In this document: positions 26,236 to 36,718 of the stretch, one piece after another | Position numbering within the stretch: the stretch's first letter is position 1 | How the letters are laid out: each line of letters begins with the position of its first letter | Virus record (IMG/VR): IMGVR_UViG_3300029286_000011 | Origin: a virus | Taxonomy: Duplodnaviria; Caudoviricetes | Length of the DNA stretch: 64,000 nucleotides | Strand: one strand, 5' to 3' | Program-made: the position numbers and the translations under genes | Notes under the pieces: generated by a model | Databases searched by the model: none | What the model was told of the DNA's origin: nothing | What the model saw: only the letters and a program-made list of their open reading frames with translations

Positions 26236-28941
26236 TCACGTCGCGCTTGGCGAACTGTCCATTTGTGCACCGCCGCTGACTTCGTTCTTGCCGTCGGACT
26301 TCAACTCTAGCGTGCCCGATAACACCAGCTTACCACCACCGCCTACGCCACCAGCGGATTGCGCAGCGGCGGCTGATTCTGCCTGCCTTCCGGCTGCTTC
26401 GAGTCTTGGTATCAATTCACCATAGAAGTCATTAGGCGATCTGGCGCTGTCTGCCAGCCTACCAAAGTCAGAATCGGCGCCGGCGTCACGAAGAGCATCG
26501 CGATCACCCTGGGACAGCTTATCAACGACTTGTGCGTAAGTGGCATTATCATCAACACCGGTTCTGGACCGCATGCTCTGATAAAGCTGCATCCGCCTAG
26601 ATACGTCATTCAGGTATTTAAGCTGGCCTGTACGAGAGGCCCCCTTCTTCATGACGGCGTCTATGGACGACTTGCCCTTGGCATCAGCGCTGACACCAAA
26701 CGCACCTAGAGCTTTGTCGCGTGCAGTTTCGTTGGCTTTAACAGCGTCCAAGAAACTATCCGAGGCCGGGCCACCTACGTCTAGATTGGCGGAATGAGAT
26801 ATGTCATTCAATGCGGCTACAGCATCGTCAAAGCCCTTGGCCGAAGCTGCGGTATCACCGCCAGCTCGCATGGCTGACGCCTGTGTTCGTAGGTTGGTAA
26901 GCGTAGACTCAAGCCTCGCCTTATCACCCTCGCTTACAGTGACACCACCCAGTGCGCGAGCCACCAGATCTGGAATTGATGTCGAAGGATCTGAGCTAAT
27001 CACAGCCTCGGCCAGATTTCTGGTTATGCTGTTGCTGCCTAATGGCGCTAGCGCACTCTCTAGCTTGGCACCGGCACTGGCAGCGGCATACGCCCGACGA
27101 CCGCCGTCGCGAACACGGCCATTTGTTAAAGCCCAAGCATCAACTAGGCTGCTGTTGAATTGTGAGCCTTGCAATGAGTTGTTCATGCTGCCAGTGACAA
27201 CACTGGACAGACCCATCAATCCTTCCTCTAGCTTGTCCCTACCGCCGTACCTGTTAATCATCTGACGAGCTGCAGCGGCATTTGGCCCGTTGCCATCAGC
27301 GATTGCAGTCAGGTTAGCGGCCATGGAGCTGGCCATGTACTTGTCTCGGTCAGCATCGCCTAACTTAGCATTGTCACTCAACGCTGAGGCAGCTTGTCGG
27401 GATGATAGTTCAGCGGCCAATGCACCTCGCTGCTGGGCGCTACCACCGACACCGGCAGAGTCCAGGGCACCGGCAATAGCCGTACGACCAGCACCGCCAA
27501 TCTGTTTAAGCACAGCCTGTTTCTGCAGTGTGCCCTGCACATAGCCTTGGACATTGTTCTCGTGAACGTACTGTTGATTGCTAGACCGCTGGCTGTACAT
27601 GCGGTCTATATCACCAGCAGCTAGCCCGAGTGTATTGCCGCTGGCTAGAATGGATGTCATTCGGTCAGAACCAATGTCGCTGATATTAACGTCCCTACCA
27701 CCAAGCCGCACTGTTCCCTGTCCGGCCTGTACAGCCTGCATAAGCTTGGCCGCGTCAGAGCCTGCAGTAAATGTTCCAGCGCCGCCCAGGGACTGCATAC
27801 GATACATTACACCCAGCCTATTGCTTATGCCGGATGCCGCCGCATTAGCTGACAGGGCCTGGGCAGACTGTGTAAGCTGGCTTAGACCAGACATACCCCA
27901 CGCCTGCATACCGCCGAGACCAGCAGAGCTATATCCCGCCATGAATTGCATGCCTGACATCGCTGTGCTGGCCGAGAAGGCTGGGTTTAGGCCTAATGAG
28001 CCTGTCATCTGTATGGCTGACTGCTGTAACGCCACAGCGCCTTCTAGGCCTATGCCTACGTGCTGTGCCATTCTGTTTGTGGTTCGAACTAGCATCTCAG
28101 CGCTGCCAGTCGACATCTGCTGCATGCCACCACCGGTCAGGCCGTCCAGAGCTTTCAGCAGCTGCCCCATAGGTGCGTTGGGCTTGCCGGCCTCGCCAAA
28201 AATCTCGGACATAGCCGAGACGACTTTCTCGTAACCCTTCAACGTTCGAATGACTTTACCGGAATCAATCGATCCAGCCTTGTCTCCACCTACCCCGCCA
28301 GACAAGTCGCCAAATACACCTCGCTGCTGCTGTGCGCCAAACAGGGCACCCTGCTGACCCATACTTAACGTACGGTCCCTGTAGTTGTCTCCAGCATACA
28401 TGCTCTGCTGGATTTGGTTGCCTAACGTCGTAACAGTCTCGACGCCTAGCCCCAATCGTCCGGTCATCGGATCTATCATGTTCTGACCGGCTGTCATCAG
28501 ATGACTAGCCAGCACAGTACGACTACCGCGACGACCACCAAAGCTATCAAGGAAGTTAGGCGACATTCGCGCCATCATTGGCGCTGCGCCGGCAGCTGTA
28601 TCTGCCAGCGTGTTGGCTGCTGCTTCTGTCTGGTCATTCCAGGCAATGCCGGCGATATTGGCACTACCGCGCAACCAGCCCCTGAACATCGCACGTTCGT
28701 CAGGAGCAGCCGCACGCATGGCAGCGTCGTGCATCAGCGAGAAGCGCTGCTGCTCCATACGCCGATACGGATTCCGACCAGTTAGCCCGCCAAGGAATAG
28801 ACCGTGGTTGTTGGCGTAGCCTGATAACAGCGCGCCACCAATGGCCTGTATGCCCATGGCCATAGGGTCACCACCGCCATCAAGGCCTTCAAGACCGTTG
28901 TATGACGGGCTCATGCTGAACGGCCAGTTATCGCTTGCCAT
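26236..28941 (-). CDS. Tape measure protein
   Basis: 901 aa, Ala/Gly/Met-rich and helical, downstream of the tail chaperone pair. Confidence 0.8.
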   Translation of the reverse strand: MASDNWPFSMSPSYNGLEGLDGGGDPMAMGIQAIGGALLSGYANNHGLFLGGLTGRNPYRRMEQQRFSLMHDAAMRAAAPDERAMFRGWLRGSANIAGIAWNDQTEAAANTLADTAAGAAPMMARMSPNFLDSFGGRRGSRTVLASHLMTAGQNMIDPMTGRLGLGVETVTTLGNQIQQSMYAGDNYRDRTLSMGQQGALFGAQQQRGVFGDLSGGVGGDKAGSIDSGKVIRTLKGYEKVVSAMSEIFGEAGKPNAPMGQLLKALDGLTGGGMQQMSTGSAEMLVRTTNRMAQHVGIGLEGAVALQQSAIQMTGSLGLNPAFSASTAMSGMQFMAGYSSAGLGGMQAWGMSGLSQLTQSAQALSANAAASGISNRLGVMYRMQSLGGAGTFTAGSDAAKLMQAVQAGQGTVRLGGRDVNISDIGSDRMTSILASGNTLGLAAGDIDRMYSQRSSNQQYVHENNVQGYVQGTLQKQAVLKQIGGAGRTAIAGALDSAGVGGSAQQRGALAAELSSRQAASALSDNAKLGDADRDKYMASSMAANLTAIADGNGPNAAAARQMINRYGGRDKLEEGLMGLSSVVTGSMNNSLQGSQFNSSLVDAWALTNGRVRDGGRRAYAAASAGAKLESALAPLGSNSITRNLAEAVISSDPSTSIPDLVARALGGVTVSEGDKARLESTLTNLRTQASAMRAGGDTAASAKGFDDAVAALNDISHSANLDVGGPASDSFLDAVKANETARDKALGAFGVSADAKGKSSIDAVMKKGASRTGQLKYLNDVSRRMQLYQSMRSRTGVDDNATYAQVVDKLSQGDRDALRDAGADSDFGRLADSARSPNDFYGELIPRLEAAGRQAESAAAAQSAGGVGGGGKLVLSGTLELKSDGKNEVSGGAQMDSSPSAT

Positions 28942-29413
28942 ATCGGCGCTTCCTTGCTGGTGTCACAGGCCTGCTAACCGGCCGACGCTGCTTACTCTCT
29001 CTGGCCTCTTTATGTCGGGCCAACATGGCAGCGGCAGCTGCTTCGATCTTTTTGCGAACTTCAGGATCGTTGCTATCACCGAAGCGTTTGTTCCAGCCAC
29101 CGACCATGGCCTTAACTGAACGCCTATTAGCATCTTCCCTGTTTTTGGTTGTTTCAGGGAAGTACATATTCTGCAGTTCATTCAACAGATCGAATGATCC
29201 GTCTCGCGCATAGTTGAAATAGCTGTCCTCCAGGTGATTGATTTGTAGAAACGCTAGATTATGCTGCAGCAGCAGTTTCAGCATTTCTACCTTTTGCTGC
29301 CTATCGAATTCGCGCAACACTAGCGATTTATGAAGCCCCCACTGTTGATCAAACGGCTTGCATTTGCTGACATCTAAGCGCCCGGCTACGGCGGCCCTTA
29401 CAAGTAGGCTCAA
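28928..29413 (-). CDS. Tail assembly chaperone, frameshifted C-terminal part (GT-like)
   Basis: Only a TTG start. It is exactly the -1 frame of the upstream gene from the A_AAT_TTC slippery site. Confidence 0.65.
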   Translation of the reverse strand: MSLLVRAAVAGRLDVSKCKPFDQQWGLHKSLVLREFDRQQKVEMLKLLLQHNLAFLQINHLEDSYFNYARDGSFDLLNELQNMYFPETTKNREDANRRSVKAMVGGWNKRFGDSNDPEVRKKIEAAAAAMLARHKEARESKQRRPVSRPVTPARKRRYGKR

Positions 29414-30471
29414 CCCTGGCCGGGTTTCCAGAAATTTGCGTTTCTGACATTCTCCTCCATGCGCTTAGCAAGCAGTTCGAAGTCATTGATCAGCTGACCG
29501 ACAATACGATGTAGACCCTCAGACTTGAAAATCCGGTCATACACGTATTGCTGTATGGCAACCAACGGGGACTCAACGTCGCCAATCTTCTGTTTCCAAG
29601 CCTCGATAGACTGAGGGAAGTCGGCGCTCCACTCAGTAGTGCGAATGTCTACAAGCTGCATACAGGCTTTGTAGCGTGTTAGCTGCTCGTAGGGGTCCAT
29701 TGTCTTGTTAGCACGTTGTTCGCTGTGCACCTGATTGAAGCACAGGTCGAGTTCCGCCGGTGACACCTGCCGAATGGTTACCTGCAGCTTACCACCAAGA
29801 CATGAGTAGCATTTCTGCCACGGTGTCAGCGCCAGTGTCGATTCAACAAACGACTCAAGATCCTCGGCTGACGGCTTAATAGGGTCGGCAGCCAAGTCGC
29901 TGAATCCGCAATTCCGACACTTGGTTACCTTATCTAACGCGCCGGTCTGATCTTTCTCTTCAGTAGTGCCTTCAGCAATCTCCGCAGCAAGCTTGTTAGG
30001 CTCAACATCCATGTCGACTTCTATGTTGGGCTGCGAAGATGCCTGGATAGCTGCCATCACACCTGGGGCGATAGGCCCTTGTGCAGGCCTAATCGGATCC
30101 TCGGCTACTGTGCTTGTCTGTGCTGCTTCTGCAAACAGGGAACGAACACGACGCATTCGTTCAGGCGTAGCTTGCTCAAGCGGAACAGACGGCGGCTGTC
30201 GTAGTGGTGGCTGATCTGGCGACACAGGCAAAGGCATTTGGCCGATATCGTACGCCGATGTCTGCGCTTCGGCCATGGCTTCGGCTAGCAGCTGTGGCAG
30301 GTTCTCAGGAATAGGCTCTCCATCGCGCCAGCCCAGCTCCTCCAGCTGCTCTCGTTCGGTATCAGTCAAACGCTGCACACGCATAGGCCGTCCTGGCGGC
30401 AACGGCAGATTAGAGCCCGACAGTTCCTTCAGTGACGGCATTGGACGATTTCTAACTGGTTTATCTTGCAT
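29410..30471 (-). CDS. Tail assembly chaperone (G-like)
   Basis: 353 aa. Pro-rich N-terminus and helical C-terminal domain; upstream of the tape measure gene; slippery heptamer 5 codons before the stop. Confidence 0.65.
   Translation of the reverse strand: MQDKPVRNRPMPSLKELSGSNLPLPPGRPMRVQRLTDTEREQLEELGWRDGEPIPENLPQLLAEAMAEAQTSAYDIGQMPLPVSPDQPPLRQPPSVPLEQATPERMRRVRSLFAEAAQTSTVAEDPIRPAQGPIAPGVMAAIQASSQPNIEVDMDVEPNKLAAEIAEGTTEEKDQTGALDKVTKCRNCGFSDLAADPIKPSAEDLESFVESTLALTPWQKCYSCLGGKLQVTIRQVSPAELDLCFNQVHSEQRANKTMDPYEQLTRYKACMQLVDIRTTEWSADFPQSIEAWKQKIGDVESPLVAIQQYVYDRIFKSEGLHRIVGQLINDFELLAKRMEENVRNANFWKPGQG
29431..29437 (-). promoter_or_regulatory. -1 ribosomal frameshift slippery site A_AAT_TTC
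   Basis: Minus strand GCA AAT TTC TGG AAA CCC GGC CAG GGT TGA. The -1 frame reads AAA TTT CTG GAA ACC CGG CCA GGG TTG AGC CTA CTT GTA into ORF 28928..29413. Confidence 0.7.
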
Positions 30472-30481
30472 CGCTTTCCCC

Positions 30482-33295
30482 TCAAGAGTTAACTGACTTG
30501 GCTATTACCTTGTAGCCCGAGTCAAATGACTTCGGATCCCAGCCTTCCCATTGCGGGTCCGTATAAGCGTCATCGGCACGTGACTTGTCGTAGCCTTCTT
30601 TGACGATGTAATACTTGTGCTGAAGCTGTAGAAAAGAACTGTCGTCAGTCCAGGCCTCACGGCCAGGATGTGGCTGCATCTTCTCTCCGTGATACTCGAC
30701 GTCCTGCTCTTTCCAGGCCGTTCCACCAGACGAGGCGTCAGCAATACACTGCCACCAAGCCTGAGGTAGCTTGAAGCTGGCCGTATTCATTTGATCTGCT
30801 GTACGCAGACTGAACTGCAGCTTCTCTTGCAAAATGCTACTACCAATGCCGTTGTCCGAATAGAGCTCGTCTGTGAACGTAGCAGCGAATATGTCGCTCA
30901 TCGTGGTCTTTATACGCGACATGTAGTCATCTTGTGTCGCCATGTCGCTTGTATAGTCCCGGCCCTTCTCCATCTCACCGATACGACCTTCGTAGATTCT
31001 GGATTTGGCCGAGGCATAGTGGCCATCAACGGACAACGAATAACCACGGAATAGATGACCGCCTCGTAGGTTGCACAGCATGCCATTGATGATTAGCGGT
31101 GAGCCTATGCGACAGCAAGCAGGATGCCACGAATTAACAGCTGTCGGAGTGCCCTTCTGTTTCTGTGAGGCTCCGCTCCAGAAAGCATCGGCTGCATACG
31201 AGCTAATGAACCTGAATACCTTGTCGGCAACAACGTTTACAGTCTGTTGACCTTGATCGGCATCTATAGTGATAGGACCTGCATCTATCTTGCCATCCGT
31301 GCTGCCTGTGCGTAGATATAGCTCTTTGCCCATCAGCGCTACCTTACTGTGCGCTGCTTTGAACAAAATGCCTGATCCTCGTATCTCTTCGCCGGCAGCG
31401 TCTGTCCATTCTTGCAGATCGGACGCTGCCCTGTTCTCAAACAGCATGCGTCCTTGTTTTCCACCGTTACCGGCCAGGAATTCTGTGTTGTACTGAGCTT
31501 TAATGCGTACATCGGCATTAGAGCTCGTCACATCAACAGAATTCTGAGCACGAAGCACAATATCGTCGCCGCTCCAGACTATCAGGCTCTTGCCAGGCAT
31601 AAGCATGACGTCACCGGCTGGTCGCAGCAGTATATTGCCGCCGGTCATCAAGATTTCGCTGCCGTAGGCATCTCTGAACACCAAACCGCCGTCAGGTGTC
31701 TGCCAGAAGCCTGAAGTAGACTCGAAATACTCTGTTTCTCCGTATCGACCGTCAATACGCACAGATTTCTTGTCTGGTGGAGGCAGCCAAGTGTCAGATT
31801 CTAGTGAAGAGAACTCTGGAGGGGACGCTAGAACGCTAAGAGGCGAGTCTCCAGACTCAGAATGCTCTTCAGGCAGCGAAAAGTCCTTGTTGTGGTAGTG
31901 AAAAGGATGCAACATCTTCCAATTGAAGTTATGTGCGTCCGAATCAGCCACATGCTGCGCCTGCAAGACGTGCGGTAGCTCGTCGTCAGGCATAGGCATA
32001 GCTTTGACTTTATGTTCTTCATCGCCAATGCCAGAGAAAGAATAGCCACCGGTATCTGTGTATCTATCTCCTTGCGGATCTTCAGGTAGCCTGAGTTGCT
32101 TAGCTATGGGTATCAGCGCACGCTTTGTAATCGAGATACTGTGCGCGCTGGTAAGCGAATACGACCCATCAAGGCCCACGCTCTCTCGAAATAGACCTAT
32201 AGGCGTGCTTTCCGTGTCGGAAAACGTCCACGGACCCTTGGCATTAGCCGGCGGGGCCATCAATTCACGCAAATAGCCCTGCCCTAGGTAGCCACGCCAC
32301 TCACGCCAGCGGAAGAATGGGCTCTGATCGTCCTCTTTTGGCTCGTACGCAGCCCATATAGCCTGCTTATGTACGTCATCAGCAGACTTTTCGTCGATAG
32401 ACCGTTCGTCTTGTTCGAAATACCCTGCGGCTTCCCACGGATACACCGCCGAAGCATAGCAGTTGTAGGCTTCACCACTGTCGTTTCGTACCTGCCACTG
32501 ACTGTTTGCAGTGTTCCAGTCCAGGTTGTAGGTCGACAGGCGGGCAAAACGGTCTGCGTAGAACAAAAACAGGCCACAGATCTCGTCGATGCTTAGCTGG
32601 ATGTGTGCATCGTCAATGAAAACGCTGCCACCAAGGTCACTAATGCGTCCCCACTCGCCAGCAACAGTGGCATCTAGCGGTCGTGAGTCAGAATAGTCAC
32701 GCACACCACAGTTTTTGGACAGCATCGAGAACAGCTGCTTGTACAAGCCACCCTCAGCCACGAGGCATGATCCACCACCCTGGACAATCCAGTCAGGTTG
32801 AGACAGATCGCCACACTGCACAAGCCCAGGCACAGCACAAAGTATGATGCCAGTGGTGGACTCAGCGGGTCGATGGACAAGTACGAACTGCCCAGGCCCT
32901 AGTGGAGATGTTTCGCGTACTGAGAACGGGTAGAGACCCGTTTCAGAGCCCTTGCTACAGCCTATATCGCCTCCACCGTCAGATAACTGCACTTTGTACC
33001 AGTTGCAGTACGGTATGGCTATGACGATACGGCCCAGACACAGTAAGCCTTGCTTGCCCAGGCTCATCTGGTGCAAGCCAGCAGACTCACGTGTGTTACT
33101 GGCCAAAGTAGCCTGCGAAGCCATCTCAGGGGCCGTAGACGAGTCTATTCGAAGCTCGTTGGCTCTGAGTCTGGCTTGCAGGTTTTGAATTTGGTCAGTT
33201 GTAAGGGCACGCTCAGAAAAAGGAGGCTCGGGCATTAGTAATGGCCTATTGGTATGGGCTCTAGGTCCCTCGGGTGGCAGTCCGCTGTCACCCAA
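30482..33295 (-). CDS. Baseplate central spike (gp5/VgrG-like)
   Basis: 937 aa. OB-fold-like N-terminus (LGRIVIAIPYCNWYKVQL...FVLVHRP) and beta-helix-like repeats (GLVFRDAYGSEILMTGGNILLRPAGDVMLMPGKSLIVWSGDDIVLRAQNSVDV). Confidence 0.7.
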   Translation of the reverse strand: MGDSGLPPEGPRAHTNRPLLMPEPPFSERALTTDQIQNLQARLRANELRIDSSTAPEMASQATLASNTRESAGLHQMSLGKQGLLCLGRIVIAIPYCNWYKVQLSDGGGDIGCSKGSETGLYPFSVRETSPLGPGQFVLVHRPAESTTGIILCAVPGLVQCGDLSQPDWIVQGGGSCLVAEGGLYKQLFSMLSKNCGVRDYSDSRPLDATVAGEWGRISDLGGSVFIDDAHIQLSIDEICGLFLFYADRFARLSTYNLDWNTANSQWQVRNDSGEAYNCYASAVYPWEAAGYFEQDERSIDEKSADDVHKQAIWAAYEPKEDDQSPFFRWREWRGYLGQGYLRELMAPPANAKGPWTFSDTESTPIGLFRESVGLDGSYSLTSAHSISITKRALIPIAKQLRLPEDPQGDRYTDTGGYSFSGIGDEEHKVKAMPMPDDELPHVLQAQHVADSDAHNFNWKMLHPFHYHNKDFSLPEEHSESGDSPLSVLASPPEFSSLESDTWLPPPDKKSVRIDGRYGETEYFESTSGFWQTPDGGLVFRDAYGSEILMTGGNILLRPAGDVMLMPGKSLIVWSGDDIVLRAQNSVDVTSSNADVRIKAQYNTEFLAGNGGKQGRMLFENRAASDLQEWTDAAGEEIRGSGILFKAAHSKVALMGKELYLRTGSTDGKIDAGPITIDADQGQQTVNVVADKVFRFISSYAADAFWSGASQKQKGTPTAVNSWHPACCRIGSPLIINGMLCNLRGGHLFRGYSLSVDGHYASAKSRIYEGRIGEMEKGRDYTSDMATQDDYMSRIKTTMSDIFAATFTDELYSDNGIGSSILQEKLQFSLRTADQMNTASFKLPQAWWQCIADASSGGTAWKEQDVEYHGEKMQPHPGREAWTDDSSFLQLQHKYYIVKEGYDKSRADDAYTDPQWEGWDPKSFDSGYKVIAKSVNS

Positions 33296-33335
33296 GCCTT
33301 AACCGCGCTGTGGGCCAGTCAGCGCGGCAATGTCA

Positions 33336-33827
33336 TCAGGTGCTGTAAATCAGCGAACTGAACATGAGTCGCAACGACTCATTGATCAACATGTCCGCTG
33401 AAGTAACACCGACGCCGACAGTCGTAATGACGCAGAAGTAGCATTCATACGACACCGTGGACATCGACGTGGTATCACAGCCGCTGGTAAGTTCCATGTG
33501 CACAGTGTTTCCATCCGCAGCGCAGATGTCGCCGTACGTCTGGTAGAAGGCTGCCGTGATGGTCTTCGGGCCGATAACGCGCTCGATAGACACCTCGCCA
33601 GCCGTTCGGCCGCCCACGTAGTATATGCGCGGCTGTCCGACCTCGTAAAGCCTGGTGATCTGCTGTTGATAGCTCAGCTGCAGGCGCTGAACAAGCAGTC
33701 CAACATCGGCACCAAGCTGAATGTCGGCAGACCCGTCGGTAATACGAGGAAACGTCAGTGTGGCCTGCTCTGCAGAGAAAGCACCACCGAACGTATCAGA
33801 GTTGCGATTGAAGACGTCTCTACTCAT
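33336..33827 (-). CDS. Tail tube protein
   Basis: 163 aa directly after the sheath. 'QRLQLSYQQQITRLYEVG...YYVGGRTAGEVSIERVIG'. CACGGAGG RBS. Confidence 0.8.
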   Translation of the reverse strand: MSRDVFNRNSDTFGGAFSAEQATLTFPRITDGSADIQLGADVGLLVQRLQLSYQQQITRLYEVGQPRIYYVGGRTAGEVSIERVIGPKTITAAFYQTYGDICAADGNTVHMELTSGCDTTSMSTVSYECYFCVITTVGVGVTSADMLINESLRLMFSSLIYST

Positions 33828-33848
33828 TTTTTGCCTCCGTGCTGGGTT

Positions 33849-33876
33849 GAGATGTAATTAGCGCTAATTACATCTC
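33849..33876. repeat. Intergenic palindrome, copy 3 (28-bp perfect)
   Basis: GAGATGTAATTAGCGCTAATTACATCTC between the sheath stop and the tube RBS. Confidence 0.97.
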
Positions 33877-33883
33877 GTCCCGG

Positions 33884-36685
33884 TTAGCCGACAACCAAGT
33901 GCGATTCGATATTGTTCAAGGCATGCGGCAGTGACAGCGTAGTGTCGATCACGATACGGTTGGCCAGCGTGCTGTGCCGACGGATATCGTCAATCGTGCC
34001 TTCGATAAGCTGCGCACCAAGATGTCGGACGTAATTACGTCCAGTCAACACCTTGAACGCGGCCTTGAGCTCGCTGCGTATCTTGGTGATCAGCGAGTCG
34101 GAAACATTCGAGATACCGACGTACGGATTGTACACTTCGTCCAAGAAGTACGAGATGGAGTCCAAGTTACGGGTGATGGACTCTTCTCGCTCGTTGTCGT
34201 CGTCCGTACTGCCGGTAGTGACAGCATGTCGCGTGTAGACCGCGCCACTACGCGGATTGGCAGTCACAAGCCACACACCGTTTCCAGCCATCGAGTTCAA
34301 CTGCGTGTAACTGAACGCAGTCGTACGCGACATGTCGTCGAATCCAGCCAACGAGACACGCGTCATCGGTTGGTGCGGCAAGATACCGCCGGACTGTGCG
34401 GACAAGGCCGCGCACAAATGGTATCCGGCAAACGTGTAACCGCTGCCACCAACAGAATCAGGCCACACAGCGCGGACACGGCGAGTGCTGAATCCGTGCT
34501 GCAGAGGAATCTCGATAGCCCGCTGCGTGTTGTTAAGTGAGCGCCAAATCTCAATCTTCTGCGGCGTGTTCACTGCAACGGTATTGCCGGAATACAGACG
34601 AATGGTGTCCTCGTTGATGACGGCATCAACAATGAACTCCGTGTAGCTGACGTTGTCCCAGCCGTCCGTCGTATACAGGTAACGGACCACATCGCCGGCA
34701 GTGACGTTATTGGCAACAAAGTTACCGTTGCCCGCAGGCACTTCCAGCCACGTGTATTGCGTGCTGGTTGTGTACGGGTCATCACTGAGCTTGGCCAAGA
34801 CCTCTTCGCCATCCTCAGAGGTGGCAGTGCTGACCACAGCCTTCTCAGCCACATCGTCCAGATTGATCCACAACACGCGCCAGCGGGCGTATTCAGGAGT
34901 GGACATTGTGGCCACGTGAGCGGCAAACAAGCCCCACACGGTGGCGTTACGGGTCAGAGGGACGAGGCCATACAGCCTGTCTTCTCCACCGATCACGTCC
35001 AGCGCCTGAGCCCAGCTGTCGACATCGGACGGGTCACTGACAGCCGTGAAATAGACCGGCACGCCGTTGTTGTTCTGCAGGCCCATGTACAAGGCCCACT
35101 TCAACTCGTTGTCAGGGTGAGTAGCGCCGGAAACAGCGGTGTCCAGATCTTCAGGATCTGCCACGTTGTACACAGCGTCCACCAGATCGGCCAGCCATGC
35201 ACGATACTCCACAAACAGCTGACCGTAGCCCTTGCTGGACTCAGAGATGACGTCCAAGGCCATAGCCGTTCCGCCATCCGTCCAGGTCTCGTCGTAAGCC
35301 ACGAGAGAGTCGTTGACGGTAAGCTGCGTCGCAGACTGCTCCCAATTGACCAGAGGGGCAAATCCAGTTCGTTGTTCACCGATCTGGATGTCCTTCATGA
35401 TGTACAACGACAGATCAAGTTCGACTGCCGTGCCAGAGCTGGCAATTGCGCTGGGCAGGTTATGCCCGAGCACCAGGGTCCTGTAGGCCCCATTGCTTTC
35501 AGCTGTGGCTTCGATGGAATAGCGGTCACCCTTGCGCAGACCAGCTTGGCTGAACGCAACGGTGATGCCCTTCGTTCCAACAACAACAGCAGAACCAGCC
35601 GCCGTGACATTGGTCGGACCACTGATATCAACACCACGGTCGGTGGTGACAGTAATCTGCGGAACATCGACCCACAGGCCACCCTTCGTGACTTCGATGA
35701 TGTAAGTCACGTCTTGCGTACCTGTGTAGTTTCCACCCGACGTAGCCACAGGTGCCGTCCAGGCTTGTCCAACGACAACTTCCCACTCCTGGCCGACAAC
35801 AAAGTCTGAAGGCGACACGCCATCGACGTCAGCCGACAACGAGCACTCTTCACTGCCGGTGTTGTCCCAGGTGACGGTGACACCACGGTCACCAATCGTT
35901 GTCGGAACACCAAAGGCCGACGGAGTAACGTCGGAGTCATTGTCACGGCCAGACAGCGAGGTCACGCGAAGCTTGGCAGTCGTGGCGTCACCATCAATCG
36001 AGCCTTCAATGACACGAATCGTGTAAGTCTCGTTGATGTCGCCATCGGCAAGACCATCGTAAGCTGCCGAAGACGTAGCCGTAACGGTGACACAGTTCTC
36101 TGCGCCATCTTCCTGGGTGGTAGCGGCAACAGGGGCAGACTGCGTGCTAACATTACTGGCGTCTGCAACTGCAGAGCCGATAACATCGGCAACAGTCTCG
36201 GCCACAAAGTCCTTGACGTACGTCCACAGCTCGTAATCGACATCGGCAACCACGGCACGAACCTTGACGATATCGCCAGGCGTGACATCGCGGTCGTAGA
36301 AGTCGGCAGAACGAGGATAGGACACGCCATTCGACTTGAAGCTCAGCGTCGGGCTGGTGATACGGCTGGCTCGCGACGGCACGGATTCAATGGTATCGCC
36401 GCCACCGATGGTGTCGGTGAAGTAGCGCAGCAAGGCATTGTCCATGTACAGCTTGGTATAGGCCGCATCAATCACACCGCCGGCAGGGCGGTTAGGCCAA
36501 GCGTAATCCGTATCGGTCAACGGATCGTAGTAGCCAAGATAACCCTCTTGCTTCTCATCACTCTCAGCATAGCGAACGAGCTTGGCATGCCCGCCCGTGT
36601 AGTGTGCGGGTAGTTCCGGCGTGGTCGCCGAGACAGACTTGTTGAAGTCCTGGTAAATCAGATTGCCGGGGACGATGTACGCCAT
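33884..36685 (-). CDS. Contractile tail sheath protein
   Basis: 933 aa. C-terminal sheath core (HLCAALSAQSGGILPHQPMT...YTRHAVTT...EESITRNLDSISY...NRIVIDTTLSLPHALNNIESHLVV). CACGGAGG RBS. Confidence 0.88.
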   Translation of the reverse strand: MAYIVPGNLIYQDFNKSVSATTPELPAHYTGGHAKLVRYAESDEKQEGYLGYYDPLTDTDYAWPNRPAGGVIDAAYTKLYMDNALLRYFTDTIGGGDTIESVPSRASRITSPTLSFKSNGVSYPRSADFYDRDVTPGDIVKVRAVVADVDYELWTYVKDFVAETVADVIGSAVADASNVSTQSAPVAATTQEDGAENCVTVTATSSAAYDGLADGDINETYTIRVIEGSIDGDATTAKLRVTSLSGRDNDSDVTPSAFGVPTTIGDRGVTVTWDNTGSEECSLSADVDGVSPSDFVVGQEWEVVVGQAWTAPVATSGGNYTGTQDVTYIIEVTKGGLWVDVPQITVTTDRGVDISGPTNVTAAGSAVVVGTKGITVAFSQAGLRKGDRYSIEATAESNGAYRTLVLGHNLPSAIASSGTAVELDLSLYIMKDIQIGEQRTGFAPLVNWEQSATQLTVNDSLVAYDETWTDGGTAMALDVISESSKGYGQLFVEYRAWLADLVDAVYNVADPEDLDTAVSGATHPDNELKWALYMGLQNNNGVPVYFTAVSDPSDVDSWAQALDVIGGEDRLYGLVPLTRNATVWGLFAAHVATMSTPEYARWRVLWINLDDVAEKAVVSTATSEDGEEVLAKLSDDPYTTSTQYTWLEVPAGNGNFVANNVTAGDVVRYLYTTDGWDNVSYTEFIVDAVINEDTIRLYSGNTVAVNTPQKIEIWRSLNNTQRAIEIPLQHGFSTRRVRAVWPDSVGGSGYTFAGYHLCAALSAQSGGILPHQPMTRVSLAGFDDMSRTTAFSYTQLNSMAGNGVWLVTANPRSGAVYTRHAVTTGSTDDDNEREESITRNLDSISYFLDEVYNPYVGISNVSDSLITKIRSELKAAFKVLTGRNYVRHLGAQLIEGTIDDIRRHSTLANRIVIDTTLSLPHALNNIESHLVVG

Positions 36686-36718
36686 GGATTGTGCCTCCGT
36701 GCGACAGGCAGAAAGGTT

